Positions 37,691 to 50,777 of a stretch of 64,000 nucleotides of DNA are shown here, piece by piece. The notes beneath the pieces were generated by a model. That model was not told the DNA's origin, did not search any database, and worked only from the letters and a program-made list of their open reading frames with translations. This DNA is from Gnetum montanum (taxonomy: Eukaryota; Plantae; Gnetophyta), in contig MNCI01000472.1 in the NCBI GenBank assembly GCA_015680685.1, positions 236,531 through 300,530 on the forward strand, written 5' to 3'. The position numbers and the translations under genes are program-made. Numbering within the stretch: position 1 is the first letter of the stretch; the number at the start of each line of letters is the position of its first letter.

Positions 37691-38777
37691 ATATGGAACA
37701 TCAAATAATTTTATATTTAATGTCATGTTTAATTTGGAGTCATGTAATGGATTTTTAGTTTTTAAAAGTTAGGAGTCTTAAGAAGTTATTAGGAGTTAGT
37801 CTTTTAATTTTTACAGTTTGATGTTTATGTTTTATTTCATGTAAGTGCATGTGCACACTTCAATTTTGTAATGGATCATTGATTCCATATGTAATCCTCA
37901 TCCAAGTGAGGCATACCAAAAACATATAAGGAGTCCTCTCCTTCATTGTAAACTTGATGAGAGCACTTTGTTTCAAGTTGAAGATGAATAGAAGAGGAGT
38001 GTGTTGGTAATTCCTTAAGTTTTTTATGTACATTTTTCTTTTTTCTCTCTCTCTCATTCTCTTAGCATTAATATCTCATAATTAACTAAGATTTTCATAA
38101 TTCTCTCATCCAATTTCTCACAATTTCTTATAATCTAATGAAAATTTTCTCATTCTCAAAATTTTATCTCTTACTTTTCAATTTATATTTCTCAGTTTTA
38201 TAAGTATTTTAATTACATATGAAAGATCATGCTTATGTTTGAAGAATCTATGTTTTTGAAGCTCAATTAGAAGTGATTGATGATTTGAGTTAGCAACTCT
38301 AGTAAGGATTTCATTCATTCCTTCTTATTGAAGCTTTGCATTTTGGAGGATCTATTATTTGTTAATTTTTGAAGGTTTTAGAAAGCTCTTTTGGGACTTT
38401 TCATCATCTTCACCTCTTCTCACAAATTTTCAAAAGCATTTGATGTTGGAACCTAAGAGGCATCAATGATTAATTGATTTAGTTTTGTTTCATAGTTTTG
38501 AATATTTGGATTCTAGATCTAATCCCTTAGAGGGTTGATTTGTTATTGTTTTCTCTCTCAAGGTTGTCATTCTTAGAAGTAATTTTGAGGTTCATGTTAT
38601 AAAATCACTTTGCATGGTATATCAAATCTAATTGAATGTATGTTTTTAGAGGCTTATGTTGATCTATGATATATTCTAACATTGTGGTTAAATTTTGAAG
38701 AAGAGTTGATGTTATTTGTTGTTAAATTAAGCTTGTTTCGGGTGTTTAATTTCTAAGTTGTAGGTATTACTGCTAGG

Positions 38778-40078
38778 TGTTGATGACCATTTGGGACAAC
38801 GAACGTTAGTCCTCTTTTTGGTGATGAGGATCATGAGAATGAGGGTTCTTTCAGACTTGAGTTTAGGTGTTTTTTGGTCTTTTGAAAATACTAAGGCCCA
38901 GATACCTCCAAATAAAATTAATGGTAATAGAGCAAACTAATGTATGATTACTATGAAAAAACAATAAAATAGCTAGTATAGTGCACTAAACTATAACTCG
39001 CTATTCTGACAAAAATTTAGCTAACTTGCCTTAAAATGTGAGTAGAAGCTCCTACTATGTCAAAGCTACTTAGTCTATATAGTCTTAATTGTACATTACT
39101 TAATACAAATAGACTTTCACCAAAATGATTAAGCACAATTCTACAAAAATTTATTCCTAGTTTTTTCCAAAGAGAAAATTCCAGAAGAATGATAGAAATA
39201 GAACCTAATTCAATGGGTTTAAGAAAGAGGAAAAAGAAAATTTGTGTAAAATATTAAAAATTTAAGCAAGATAAAGTGAACATGAGAAACACTTTGAAAG
39301 TAAAGATATTTCAAATTAGCCCAAGACATTATAGATTATCAAGATCCTCTAGACTCAAACAAGCAATTTTGTAAAAGAAACTACTTTTAAACTACTCAAA
39401 ATGCTTTTTAAAGAAAAAAATACAAATTGTCATATAGCTAGTTAATAGATGTCAATAATTGCAAAAACTAGGGCTATCAGAGAAATTAGAAAATTCCAAG
39501 ATTGAATGCTAAGCATAGTATTATCTAAACTATTAGCTAAGAAACTAAGACATAATAGAACGAAAATGAACTCACAAGATAAAAACAAAGCAACTAAATT
39601 GTTGCTGAAGTTAGAATGTCATTCTACAAGTAATTCTCTAGAATTCTTTTTCTAAGTTCCCCCTTCTTTTTAATCTACTTAAAGCTCTTTTTATGGTTTC
39701 TTCTTGGTATTTATAGGCATTATGGAAATTTTAAAATTTAGTTATAATCACCATAGAAATTAAAAGCTATAATTGCCAAATGCCCTATTCTCATAGGACA
39801 TTGAAATAGTTACCCTCTAATTTTTCCTTATTTTAAGCTTTCTAACCGATGATTATATCCTTTCAAGAGAGCTTGTTTCATTGCATTTAGTCTTAAAGCT
39901 CTTTTGTTGATAACTACTGAATAACTTTTCACAAAGTGCCATTTATTTCTTCATAACCAATTCAATTATAAAATCTGTTAGATCATCTTAAAACTATTTC
40001 TACATTAGCTTGCATTTCAACTATTTCTCCAGGGACCTTCAATTAGCTTTAGAATTCTTACTCTTCTTTGTGCTTAAA
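38778..40078 (-). mobile_element. D2: solo LTR related to D1
   Basis: TGTTGATGACCATTTGGGAC...AAGGCCCAGATACCTCCAAATAAA shared with D1; - strand CCTATAAATACC near 39705-39716; TAGG on both flanks. Right end tentative. Confidence 0.55.
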
Positions 40079-40519
40079 TAGGTCTTGAACGATGGTGGGC
40101 TAGAGCTCTAAAATAATTTTAAGATATTTTTCTTCCAAATTTTAGCACTTTTGTTGGTGACTCGTGGTGGTGGCTATGAAGCTTTGATGTTATGTTCTAA
40201 CAGAGCACGAGCTATCATAGCAAAGTTTTTTATGACTATACTTTGTTGCATTGCGTTGTTTTAGCATTAACTAGTCTTTAGAATTGATGTGGAAGAGCTT
40301 CATGAATTACATTGAATTTTTTCCTTTTTCCAAAATAACTTTTTATGCTGACATGGCCAATGCTAACACTGTAGATTGAGTTTTTTTAGTTGAAAATTTG
40401 TTTCTTGAATAGGCTCTATGTGATTACATGGAATGTTGACTACCTTCATGAGCCCAATGTGGCTGCACTGCTAAAGTGGTAGAGTGGATTTGTAGAGCTG
40501 AAAAATAACCTTACAATGC

Positions 40520-41648
40520 TACCCAAGTGCTTTACTATGGGAGCTACAAATTCCATGAGTGCAGTGTGGAGCTTGAAAGTCCACAAATCCTAGAGGGGCT
40601 TACAAGGCCACAAGGTCACAAGTTTTCTATGTTAGGTTCAATAGAATACAAGTGTGGAAACTTGTAAAAAATATTGAGTGCTTGAGAATGCCCATGTGTA
40701 GAACTATGAAAAATTTGTATGCAGAAGTGTATGTATGTTAAAAGTTGCTGAACTATATCAAAAAAATTACTTAACCTTTTGAAAATTGTTGAACCTGTAA
40801 ATGGTGTTTGAGGTTGGATTTTATAGGTTTTTTGGCCATGAATGGGGATAAAAAATGGTTGTAATTTTGCTGAAATTTGGCCACACAATGACTGCAAATT
40901 AGCTACAAATTTGTTACAAATTTATACCTTGTTTAGGTGAGATGGGTGCCCAAATTTGAGTGGTTACCATATATAGTAAGTGCCTTTCCCCATGGCCATT
41001 TTGTTTACTATAAATAGTGACTGAGGCATACCTTCCACATTGAAGATGAACTTTCTAGCATGAGCTCTCCACCATGCTTGTTGAAGTGGCTAGTCTTGGA
41101 GTGCATGAAGTGTTAAAATTTGGCTTTTGTGGCTTCCATGCTAGGGGGATGCCATTTCCATGCTAGGTATGGACCCTTGACATTGGGGGGAAACTTCCAT
41201 GCTAAAGGGGAAAATTTTCCAAGTTGAACATGTAGTCTCCATGCTAAGGGAAAAGTTTCTAAGCTGAGGGAAAATCCCCCACTCTCCATGCTAGGGGTAG
41301 GTGAGATTTTCCCCTTGCAACTATTTCCAATGTAGAAAAATGTATACCCACCATAAAACCCATCAAGTTGCCATTTTGGCATTCCAAAAGGCATTTTTGA
41401 CACACCCCCTCCCTCAACACCCCCCGTCCACAAGCCCAAATATAGACATTAGATGACTTTTTTCACTTGGGGAATGAGGCTTTGATCACTTATGAGGCAT
41501 TTTCTCGCCCCAAAAGTATGGAATATGTGAGATTGACCCTTATGGATTACAATCTTCACATTTACAATGAAGTTTTACCTTCAGTTTCATGGGGTGAAAG
41601 CTACATGATGAAAATGGACTATAGCATGAAAATTGTTGTGGTGTTTTA
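40520..41648 (-). repeat. Element C 3' LTR (distal ~490 bp missing)
   Basis: Collinear with ~60835-61912; PPT at 41649-41661. Confidence 0.9.
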
Positions 41649-41898
41649 ATGATCCCTCTTTGTTGGTGTTTGCAGGATTGACCCAAGAGGCACTAACAAA
41701 GAATACAAAACACCACTACATATTATAATGCTACAATGCATATAGGCCACATTAGAATTAGGCTATCCAGATCACCAAAGTTGCTAGTTTAAGGATGTGG
41801 TAGGCCATGGTACCAATATAAGGCCTTGGTAGGCTATGTTGCTAGCTTAAGGTCATAGAAAACCATTGAAAGTAGGATCACTTATTGATGATTGTCAG

Positions 41899-43000
41899 CT
41901 ACATGTAGTATGGATTTAGATAAGAATGGTTGACCAAATTGGCCAGCTCATTCCCATCCATATTGGCTATCCTAAATACTCCATTGCCATAGGCTCTAGT
42001 TACAAGAAAGAGTCATTATCAATTGGTTGAGAATTTATTTGCATGCTCATAGATAGCCTTGAGGACTAGGTCATCCTCCTTGATCTTACGCATGATCAAG
42101 TTATGGTGATGTTATTGCTTCTACCTCTCTTGATAGTAGTCAATGTGAGCAAGAACTTGGATATGTTGCTCCTTCACCAAGCCTAGGACTTCTGTCCATA
42201 ACTCCTTGCTCTACTTCTCTTTGATGTAGACAGTCAAGGCTACTCAGAGTGATGGCACCTACAATTCAAGAGGTAAAACAACTTTAGAACCATAAACCAA
42301 ACTATAAGGGATCATACTAGTTATTATGTAATAGGTTGCTTTGTATGCCCATAGTGCATGGACAAGCCACTCATGCCATTTTCTCTTGTTGTTGTTAAGC
42401 ATCTTCTAGAGCAAGTTGATGATGGCCTTGTTGCTTACTTTTTATTATCCATTGGCTTGGGGGTAATAGGAAGATGAGAAAGAATACTCGATAACTAGGT
42501 TGTGATAGAAATATTTCATTTCGAGGCTACTAAATTATGGTATATTATCTGTAACTATTGTCATGGGTATGACAAAATAAGCTACAATGTTATTTAGGAT
42601 GAATTTGTAGATTTTCTCAAATGTAGTCTTCCTTAGGGGAATATCCTCAACTCACTTTATAAAGTATTCGGTTGCAGTGATGATAAAACTATATCCCGTA
42701 GAAGAATTAGGCATTATGGGTTCAATGATATTCAACTCCCATCATTGAAATAGCCATTTTATCTAATTGGTATGCAACTCAGTTGGTGATACATGTATGA
42801 GGTTGCTATATTGTTATCATTTGTCATAATGCTTAACATTTTGTAGGCAGTTTTTTTTTCATATGGGGCTAGTAATAGCCTAACCATTTAATCTTAGTAG
42901 CCATAACTCTTGGTCCTATATGTCCTCCATAAGCACCCTCATGAACCTCTTCTAGGACTATTTTAGCTTTGGGTTTACCTAAGCACCTTAAGAGTATGTC
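41899..43000 (-). pseudogene. Element C integrase
   Basis: HEGAYGGHIGPRV...GYY.P; W(L)FQ.WG..IIEP; YYPQANG; PFLSKSILH-like end matching B. Confidence 0.9.
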
Positions 43001-43239
43001 ATCATGGGATTGTCGACATAATGTATTATCACCTACGATGACATACTATTTTGATTACTTACGTACAAAGTCCTTTGAGTAGTAGTTAGGTGGGATTCAC
43101 CATGCATAAGGTAAAATTTAATATCATCATGCCATTCTCTGGCAAGAGTAGTATGAATTACGGCCACAAAGGTATCCTTCGTGTTATGTGTGATGGAAGT
43201 AGCATAGTCCATGGTTAAGGTGGGCAACTTACTAAACAC

Positions 43240-43625
43240 ATCTAGCATCACACAAAGGGCTAATGTTGCAATTGCATCAACTATGGTGTTTTTGTTTTGG
43301 GGTATGTGTTGGATATCAACATCTATAAATTGTTGTAACAATTACTTTCCTAGGTTACAATATGGTTGTAAGTGTTTTGCTTTACATGCATAGACTTCGA
43401 ATACTTGGTTAACCATGAGTTGTAAATTACCTTTGATTACTAAGTATCTAATTCCTAGGTCATGAGCTACCATCATCCCTCTGATCAAATGATCATACTC
43501 CATTATGTTGTTACATGGAAACCCAAAATGATAGTCGAAGGATTGGATATCACTAGATGGGAATGTTATGATGGTAGTGGCACTAGCCCCATGGGTAGTT
43601 GAAGCTCTATCAAAGTGCATGACTA
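43240..43625 (-). pseudogene. Element C aRH
   Basis: MHFDRAS...FPCNNIMEYD.LI.G..VAHDLG...KGNLQLMVNQV...HIPQNKN..VDAIA. Confidence 0.9.
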
Positions 43626-43739
43626 CCTCATAATCCTTGGGCACTTGGCTATCTACATTAATATGTTCATCAAGGAATTTAGAATCTATGGTTGCTTGGT
43701 CATCAACAGGTGACGCTATGAGCTATACAGTTTTAGCTT

Positions 43740-45389
43740 AACCTTTTGTTAAGTATTGAGAGATGTAATGAATGTTAAACACTATGGTTATGGCTTTCCA
43801 TCAAGATATATGGATACTTTCATAGATGTTGGTCATTATGGCTTTGATTATGATGTCTTTGCAAGTGACGTTGACTTGGCTTCTAAAGAGGTAGTGTCTT
43901 CACTTCTTTAAAGAGAAGACTAGTGCTAGATAATATTTCTCCACTTTAGTGTATCGAGCCTCGTGAGCAACTAATGCATGGCTAAGGTAGTATATAGGAA
44001 TTTTTACTCCATCATCATATTTTTAACAAAGTAGAGAAGCAAAAAATATGTTGAAGATGGAAAGGTAGATGTATAATGGTTTACCCTCTTGTAGAGAATA
44101 GACTAGCAGTAGTTGTGCTAAATCTTACTTAAGGTTTTCAAAGGCCTATTGGCATTAAGCTATCTACTCATAGTGAATTTTTTTCTTAAGAAACTGTTGC
44201 ATGGATTGTAACTTATCTGTAAGCCTAGCAATAAATCTATGAATAAATTTCAATCTACATTGTAATACCTAAAGATCCTTAAGGTTGGTAGGTGCTGCAA
44301 ATTTAGATATGACCTTAACCTTATTAGGATCGACAAGTATCCCTACTCAGAGACTACAAAGCCAAGCATCTTACCAGTTTTGACATCGAAGACACATTTC
44401 TTAGGATTCAGACTAAGCTTATATTTGAGGCACCATTTAAGTATAAGGTCTAGGTTATTAGCATGGACATTGCCCATCTTGGACTTAACGACTATGTCGT
44501 CTATGTAATAATTAAGCAAACCTAGCATGTAATCACTGAAGATATAGGTCATGGCTCTCTAGCATGTTGCTCCTACATTCTTAAGGCCAAAGGGCATCAT
44601 AGTATAGTAAAAGGTCCCTATTGGTGTGATAAAGGTCATGCTAAGTTTGTGCTCTGGGTTGATCCTGATTTGGTTATATCTCAATAATCCATCCATAAAT
44701 TATAAAAAGGCATGTTTGGCTATAGTATTGATAAGTTAATTAATACTAGGCAAAGGAAAGTCATCCTTAATGATTGCTTTATTCAGGTCTCAAAAGTTAA
44801 TGCAAATACAAATACTCCTATTTTTCTTAGGGACTACCACTATGTTTAATACCAATAGCCCTAATGAAACTAGCTTGATAAAGCTTTGAGATTTCATCAC
44901 GGACTACCAAGGCCAAATCAGGTCTAATTTTGCACACTTTTTTCTTAACTAGTCTAATGGTAGGGTCTAGTATGATGTTGTGCTAGAATAAACATGGTTC
45001 AAGGCCTAACATGTCTTCATATGACAAGGCAAAGACCTTAATGTTACTATGTAGGACCTTGGTGATGTCTTGAGAATATTGAGGTTCTAGAAAGGAACTT
45101 AATTTAAGGGTTTTCTTCTCACCATTGTGCATTGTGATATGAACCTCAACTAAATGGTCTTTAGTTATGTCACCTACTTCTAAGTCAAGGGTTTTGAATA
45201 GGTTTTTAGGCCATTCTAGAGGTTTCTCTATTGAGGCTATGTTGTCTATAAGACTCTTAGGCTTAAGATCCAGGCAAGTAAGGTTAATACATCATTCAAT
45301 ATCACCATGAGGTCCATGTAGATACTGATTTTCTTCTAGGTACTCATACTTTGATCCTTCATATTAACCAAAAGCATATTAAGTGGTAG
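43740..45389 (-). pseudogene. pol: Element C RT and RNase H
   Basis: FALSYEDMLGL, KDDFPLP, MMPFGLKNVGAT, MTYIFSDY...YIDDIVVKS...LNPKKCVF. Confidence 0.95.
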
Positions 45390-46049
45390 TTGGGTAAAAG
45401 TAAATAAATAATGGTAAAATTCTATAAAAATTATGCAAATACATGTGAATCTAATGCAAACAAGGCCATCCAAGGTTGTTGATGAGATAGGGACAATTTG
45501 ACAAAGCACAATAAAGGCCAAACGTAGGTCAAATAAAAGTTAAGAAAGGGGGAGTATAAGAAATAAGGCTACAAGTGATTAACAAAGGCCACAATTTCAC
45601 TAGTTTTAGGCCTTAGCGGGTCACGATGCTAGTTTAGAGTCTTGGCTGACTATGATGCCAATTTAAGGCTGTAGCAGGCCATGATCACATGGTGTTAAAT
45701 GGTGGTTAGGGAAGGTCAAACCCCACTATTTGATACCATTAAAAAGGCCTAAAAAAGGTAAATAAGGCTATAATAAGGCAAATAATAAACATATAAGGTT
45801 GTATAAAGGTCATAGAATGTCAACAATCTCAACAATGGAACACAAGTCCCAAAATAAGCCAAAATACTATGTAATAAGGTAAAAATCAAGTAAAAAAAAC
45901 TAAATATGGTAAAATTTGACTAAAATAGGTCAAAAAATGGTTTACTTTTGCTAGTTTTAGGCCTTAGTAGGCCAAGAATTGAGGCTATAAGGCCATTAAG
46001 TGAGTTTGGGCATTAGTCAAGGCTATTTTTGGGCTATTTGGATCTAGAA

Positions 46050-49000
46050 ATTAAGAGTTTTAAAGCTTTCACAATGAGCTTAGCATGGAAGGAGGGAACC
46101 TTAGCATGGAAACCAAGGAAAATAGGTTTTGGGATGCTTAGATGTTCAAAATTAAGTTTTTGGGACCCTCCCAAGGAAACATAGTGTAAGATCCATAAAA
46201 ATTAGACATTTTGGAGGTTTGTAAAGGCCAAAAAGTAGGTTCTAGATTATTCTTCCCTATTTCCACGCTAGCCAACATGGAATAAAGGGGTCTTAGTGTG
46301 GAAAATCAAAACCGTAGTCAAAATAAATTCAAACAAGGTCAAACAAGTAGCTAGAACCTAGATTTGAAAGTTGTGCATCCTCTAGCTTCATTTTGAGGAA
46401 GTTTGAGTTGATTTTTAGTGTCAAAAAATGTCCAAATGACTTCCCCTCATTTTTCCATGCTATCATAGTATCCCCATCATGGAATAATGGGGGGACACTT
46501 GCTCCATGGATACAAGATGATTTATGAGCATGCTGACTAGGTTTCTAGACCCCTAGGGCTATGAATTATGATTATGTAAGTTTCTGATTGATTCTAGGCA
46601 TGTTTGAAGGTTTTTTAATGGAATTTAGGGTATTCCCCTCTTATTTCCATGCTAGGGGAGTTACTCCAACATGGATGATTAGGAAGAATGGGTTTTGGAG
46701 GTCAAAATGAGGAACAACGAGCAAAATCTTAAGGCTATAAAATCCCAGGCTTCTTCAATGTAGATATTTTGCTTTCAAGAGTGTCATTTTGTCACTATAA
46801 GTGTAAAAGTAGCTTTTCCCCTTTGTTTCCATGCTACCTAGCGTGGAAGGGACCTTCTCCAATGTGGATGAAGTAAGAATCCTAGATCTCAACCAATTTT
46901 AGTCACAACCAACTATGCATGTTAACTTCTAGAATTGCTAGGGCCAAGGACTATGTCTCCATGTTAAAATCTGGTAATTTTGAGTACTCCCAAGTGGTTT
47001 TTGAGCTTCCACTTTTTTTCATGTTGGAGCTTAGGGTTTCAATGTGGAAGATAAGGGGAAACCACTTTTTGACCATCCAGGGTTAGTTTTCTAAGGTTTG
47101 CAGGCTCCATTAACTACTAACAGGGTTCTACAGCACATGTAAGATCATTTGATGTCATTTTGAGGTCTTTACAGGCTTCAAATGCATCTCCCCCTTATTT
47201 TCTACACTAGGAAGCATGGAGGAAAGGATCCCCAGTGTGGAAGAACCATAAATCCTAGATCTAGACTATTTTTAGCCTTAATTGATCATGCATGTATGCC
47301 TCTAGGGTTGTCGGGGTTAAGGATTAGGATTTGAACTCATGTTTGACTACTTTTGAGGTTTCCTAGATTGTTTCTAAGATTCCACTTGTTTTTCATGCTA
47401 GGGATAGTATGTCTAGCATGGAAGATTAGGGTGAAGTAGCTTTTTGATTATTTTTATCATTTCTATCCATGCATGTAGGTTTTTGAGGTTGCTAATGTCG
47501 ATTATGGATGCCTAGTGTCGAAAGTAGTTTTTGCGATATTTCCCTTTTTTCCACACTAGGATTTCCATGCTCAGCATGTAGGTAGTTTTTTGGAAGAAAT
47601 GGCTTTCTAGCTATTCATGGTCAATTTTGATAGGCCTAAGGATCTTAAGATGTGCAAACAAGGTTCTATGACATACACAGGGCTTTCCAATGTTCATTCA
47701 AGGTCTCTAGAGGCTATTTTGTAGTCCTCATAAAGTTTTTCCTTTTCTTCCATTCTAGGTAGCATGGAAGAAGTAATTCGTAGCATGGAGGAACTAGGAA
47801 ACCCTAACTTTTACCATTTTCTATCATTTATGGCTATGCATGCAAGCTTCTAAGGTAGCTAGTGTCGATTGTTGACATCCAATGTTAAAATTTGATCATT
47901 TCAAGGATCATTAGGTAATTTTTAAGCTTCCCCCATTTTTTCCATGCTAGTGCTTCCATGTTCAGTTGGAAGATTATGGGGAAGGTTTGTTTAGCTTTTG
48001 GCTATGCATGTGTCTATAGGGTTGCTGGTGTTGGCTATCAATGTCTAAGTTTGAAATCCAGTCAATTTGAAGCTTGTGAGAGGGATTTTAGGCTTCCACC
48101 ATCCATCCATACTAAGGTAAGAGGCTCATAATGGATAAGATTCCCCTAAGCATGGAGAACTAAAAGGAGTTAGTTTTGATCATTTTAGGTGACTTTTGGA
48201 AGTCTAATGGCTTTCAAAAGGATTAGGTTGCTCATAGAAGTCAAACTGCATCCAAACATCAATAGTTTTATCTTTTCCCCTTTCATCCACACTAAGACTG
48301 GGATGCTCAACGTGGAGAAGGTCCTTCCTAGTGTGGAAGAATCTTAGGAGGTTTATTTTTGCTAATTTTTTGTAGTCTAGCCTCTTCCAAATAGGCTATC
48401 AAGGCCTTGGTGTTAATTATAATGTAATCTTGAGGTTGTTTTCTTATTTTTGGCATCCCCACTAACTTTCCTAGCTACTTCCCCTAGCTTTTCACACTAG
48501 GCAATGTGGAAGAGGTCTTCCTCAACATGGAAGAACCAAGAAAGTTAGATCTAGGCCAATCCGACACTTAATTGACCATGCATGTTAGTCTCCAAGGTTT
48601 CCAGTGTCAATAGTTAATACTTGGTGCCAAGATTTAGAAGTTTGGACGTTCCTAAGTGTCTCATGTAGTTTCCCCCATTTATTCCATGTTGGGCATGAAG
48701 ACCCCAACATAGATGAGAGGAGGATTCTTGTTTTGCTCCATATTTAACCACTTTTTGGGCTTTTAGAAGCTCCAGAGGATTCTAGCATTGTCTAAGGATC
48801 ACTAGGCTTTGAAAAATGGTTACTAGGTAGTTGATTTAGGTCATTTTTGCTTTCTCCCCATCCATCCATGCTAGTAATGATATGCTCAACACAAATGAAG
48901 CCTCCCCTAACATGGAAACACCAAATCTCAAGGTTTCAACTAGTTTTGACCAATTTCAACTAGGTTTGGTGAGGTTTTGAGGTTGTCAGAGATGCTTAGA

Positions 49001-49300
49001 GGAGTTCTTGGTCATGTGGGATTTAATTTAGGGTCAAACTTGGACTAGATGAGTGTTGGGGGTAAGAATGGATGTTACCCCCCTTTGTTCCATGCTGGGT
49101 AGTGTTGCCCTAGCATGGAAACGCAAGTTGTCTAGATCTATCAATGTTCCATCCCTTTTGGAAGCTTGGGGTTGGAAAAGACAAGTCTTGGTTACTCAAA
49201 ATGGAAAAATAGTTATGTTTTAATGTTTTTTCAAAGTGGGAGGCATGTATCCATGCTGGACATGGTATCCTCAATGTAGATGCATGGGAGCTTAAGGCTT
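46050..49300. repeat. Degenerate ~185-bp tandem array with inverted TTCCAYRCT / AGYRTGGAA motif pairs
   Basis: Motif pairs recur near 46081, 46261, 46453, 46645, 46827, 47017, 47199, 47392, 47549, 47748, 47940, 48104, 48285, 48492, 48682, 48864 and 49088. Confidence 0.8.
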
Positions 49301-50504
49301 GGTTATGGTTTAGGTGCTTAAGGAACTAAAAACCCAACGTTGATGCAACTTTGGATAGAAGGGAAGGTGTATGGTGGGGTCCACAACTCAAAAAATTTTA
49401 AAATTTGAAAAGCAAAGCCATTTCCCACATATCTTAGCATTGAAGAAAGTTTTCCTCTTTTACACTTGAATCCACTTAGAGTTATGGTGCACTGAATTAG
49501 CAGTTGGGATTTAGAAATGGATGTTTAGGTTTAGATGTAGTTTTTAATGCCAAATTTGATAATAATTGGTTCAGAGCCCTTCATTTAAGCTTTCTGATGG
49601 CTATTGTCTCATTCTATTTGGAGTAATAACGATGGAGTTATGGCTATTTTCCTAAGGTCATGCAGTTAGGCTTTTAGGTTATTTTTAGATTTTCATGTAT
49701 GTTCATGAATTTTTTCTAAGCAAAAGGTAGAGGTTTGGGCTATTTCTTGGTAATTCTTGGGTGGGCCTTGGCTTCCGCTTTCCAATAGAGGTAGAATCAC
49801 TCAAATTATATTTAAAACAAATTATGTTACAAACTTTTCATGAAGCCTATGTCAAAAAGAGGTTTATGCTATTTTTAGAATTTTCATCCAAATTGACAAA
49901 TTTTTCCTACATAAACGACAAAGGTTTGGAATTTTTTCTAAGCATGGATGCGTAGGGCTTGACTTGAGAATTCAAATGGTGGTAAATCACTATGTTTGAA
50001 GCTCAAACAAAGTTTTGGCAAATTTTTTTACTAACCTTGCATGAAAAGGGTTAATGGTGACGATTATGGTTTTGCTAATTTGTAAAAATGGCTATGTATT
50101 TTTTTTTTACAATGGTTATGGCTACAAAGCTTGTGATTTTAGGATTATTTCCATGGTGGAATCACTAAAATCAAAGCTTGTATAAATTTTTAATAAATTT
50201 TTGGTTATGGCTATGTAAATAAGGCAAAATTACAGTTGTAGCACATTACCCCTTTGGGGATGGAAGTGATTGATATGTGTAGCTTTTCTTGCCAATATGA
50301 AAAAATTATGATTAAATTTTTTTTAATAAAATCAAAATCTTTACTATTTTAGAAGGCTTATGGCTATATGCTTTTTTAAATTTTAATGTTTTTTTCTAAG
50401 TTTAAGCATAGTTTAGACTTAAGCTTAGTTTTGGTTATAATATTTTGATTATGAAGTAAGAGGCTATAAAAGATGGTAATAATGCTTTTACGGAATTTCT
50501 TCAA

Positions 50505-50752
50505 CAAAATTAGATAAGCACCTTCGAACTTTTTATAGAGGCTAATTTCACCTTTGACTAGATGTTTTTTTTCCAAATTTGCTAAGTAATTCCAATTGGT
50601 CATAATGTAAGGTTATGCAAGGTTGTAATAATCTTTTCTTATGGAATTCCTTAAGCTAATTTAGATAAACACATTAGAATTTTTTACAGAGGCTAAGTTC
50701 ACCTTTCACTAGATGTTTTTTCCAAGTTTGCTAAGTAATTCCAATTGGTCAT
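50505..50752 (+). repeat. Local direct duplication (~160-bp period)
   Basis: AGAGGCTAA.TTCACCTTT.ACTAGATGTTTTTTCCAA.TTTGCTAAGTAATTCCAATTGGTCAT occurs twice. Confidence 0.85.
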
Positions 50753-50777
50753 CATGCTTTTGTTTTGTTTCATGTAG

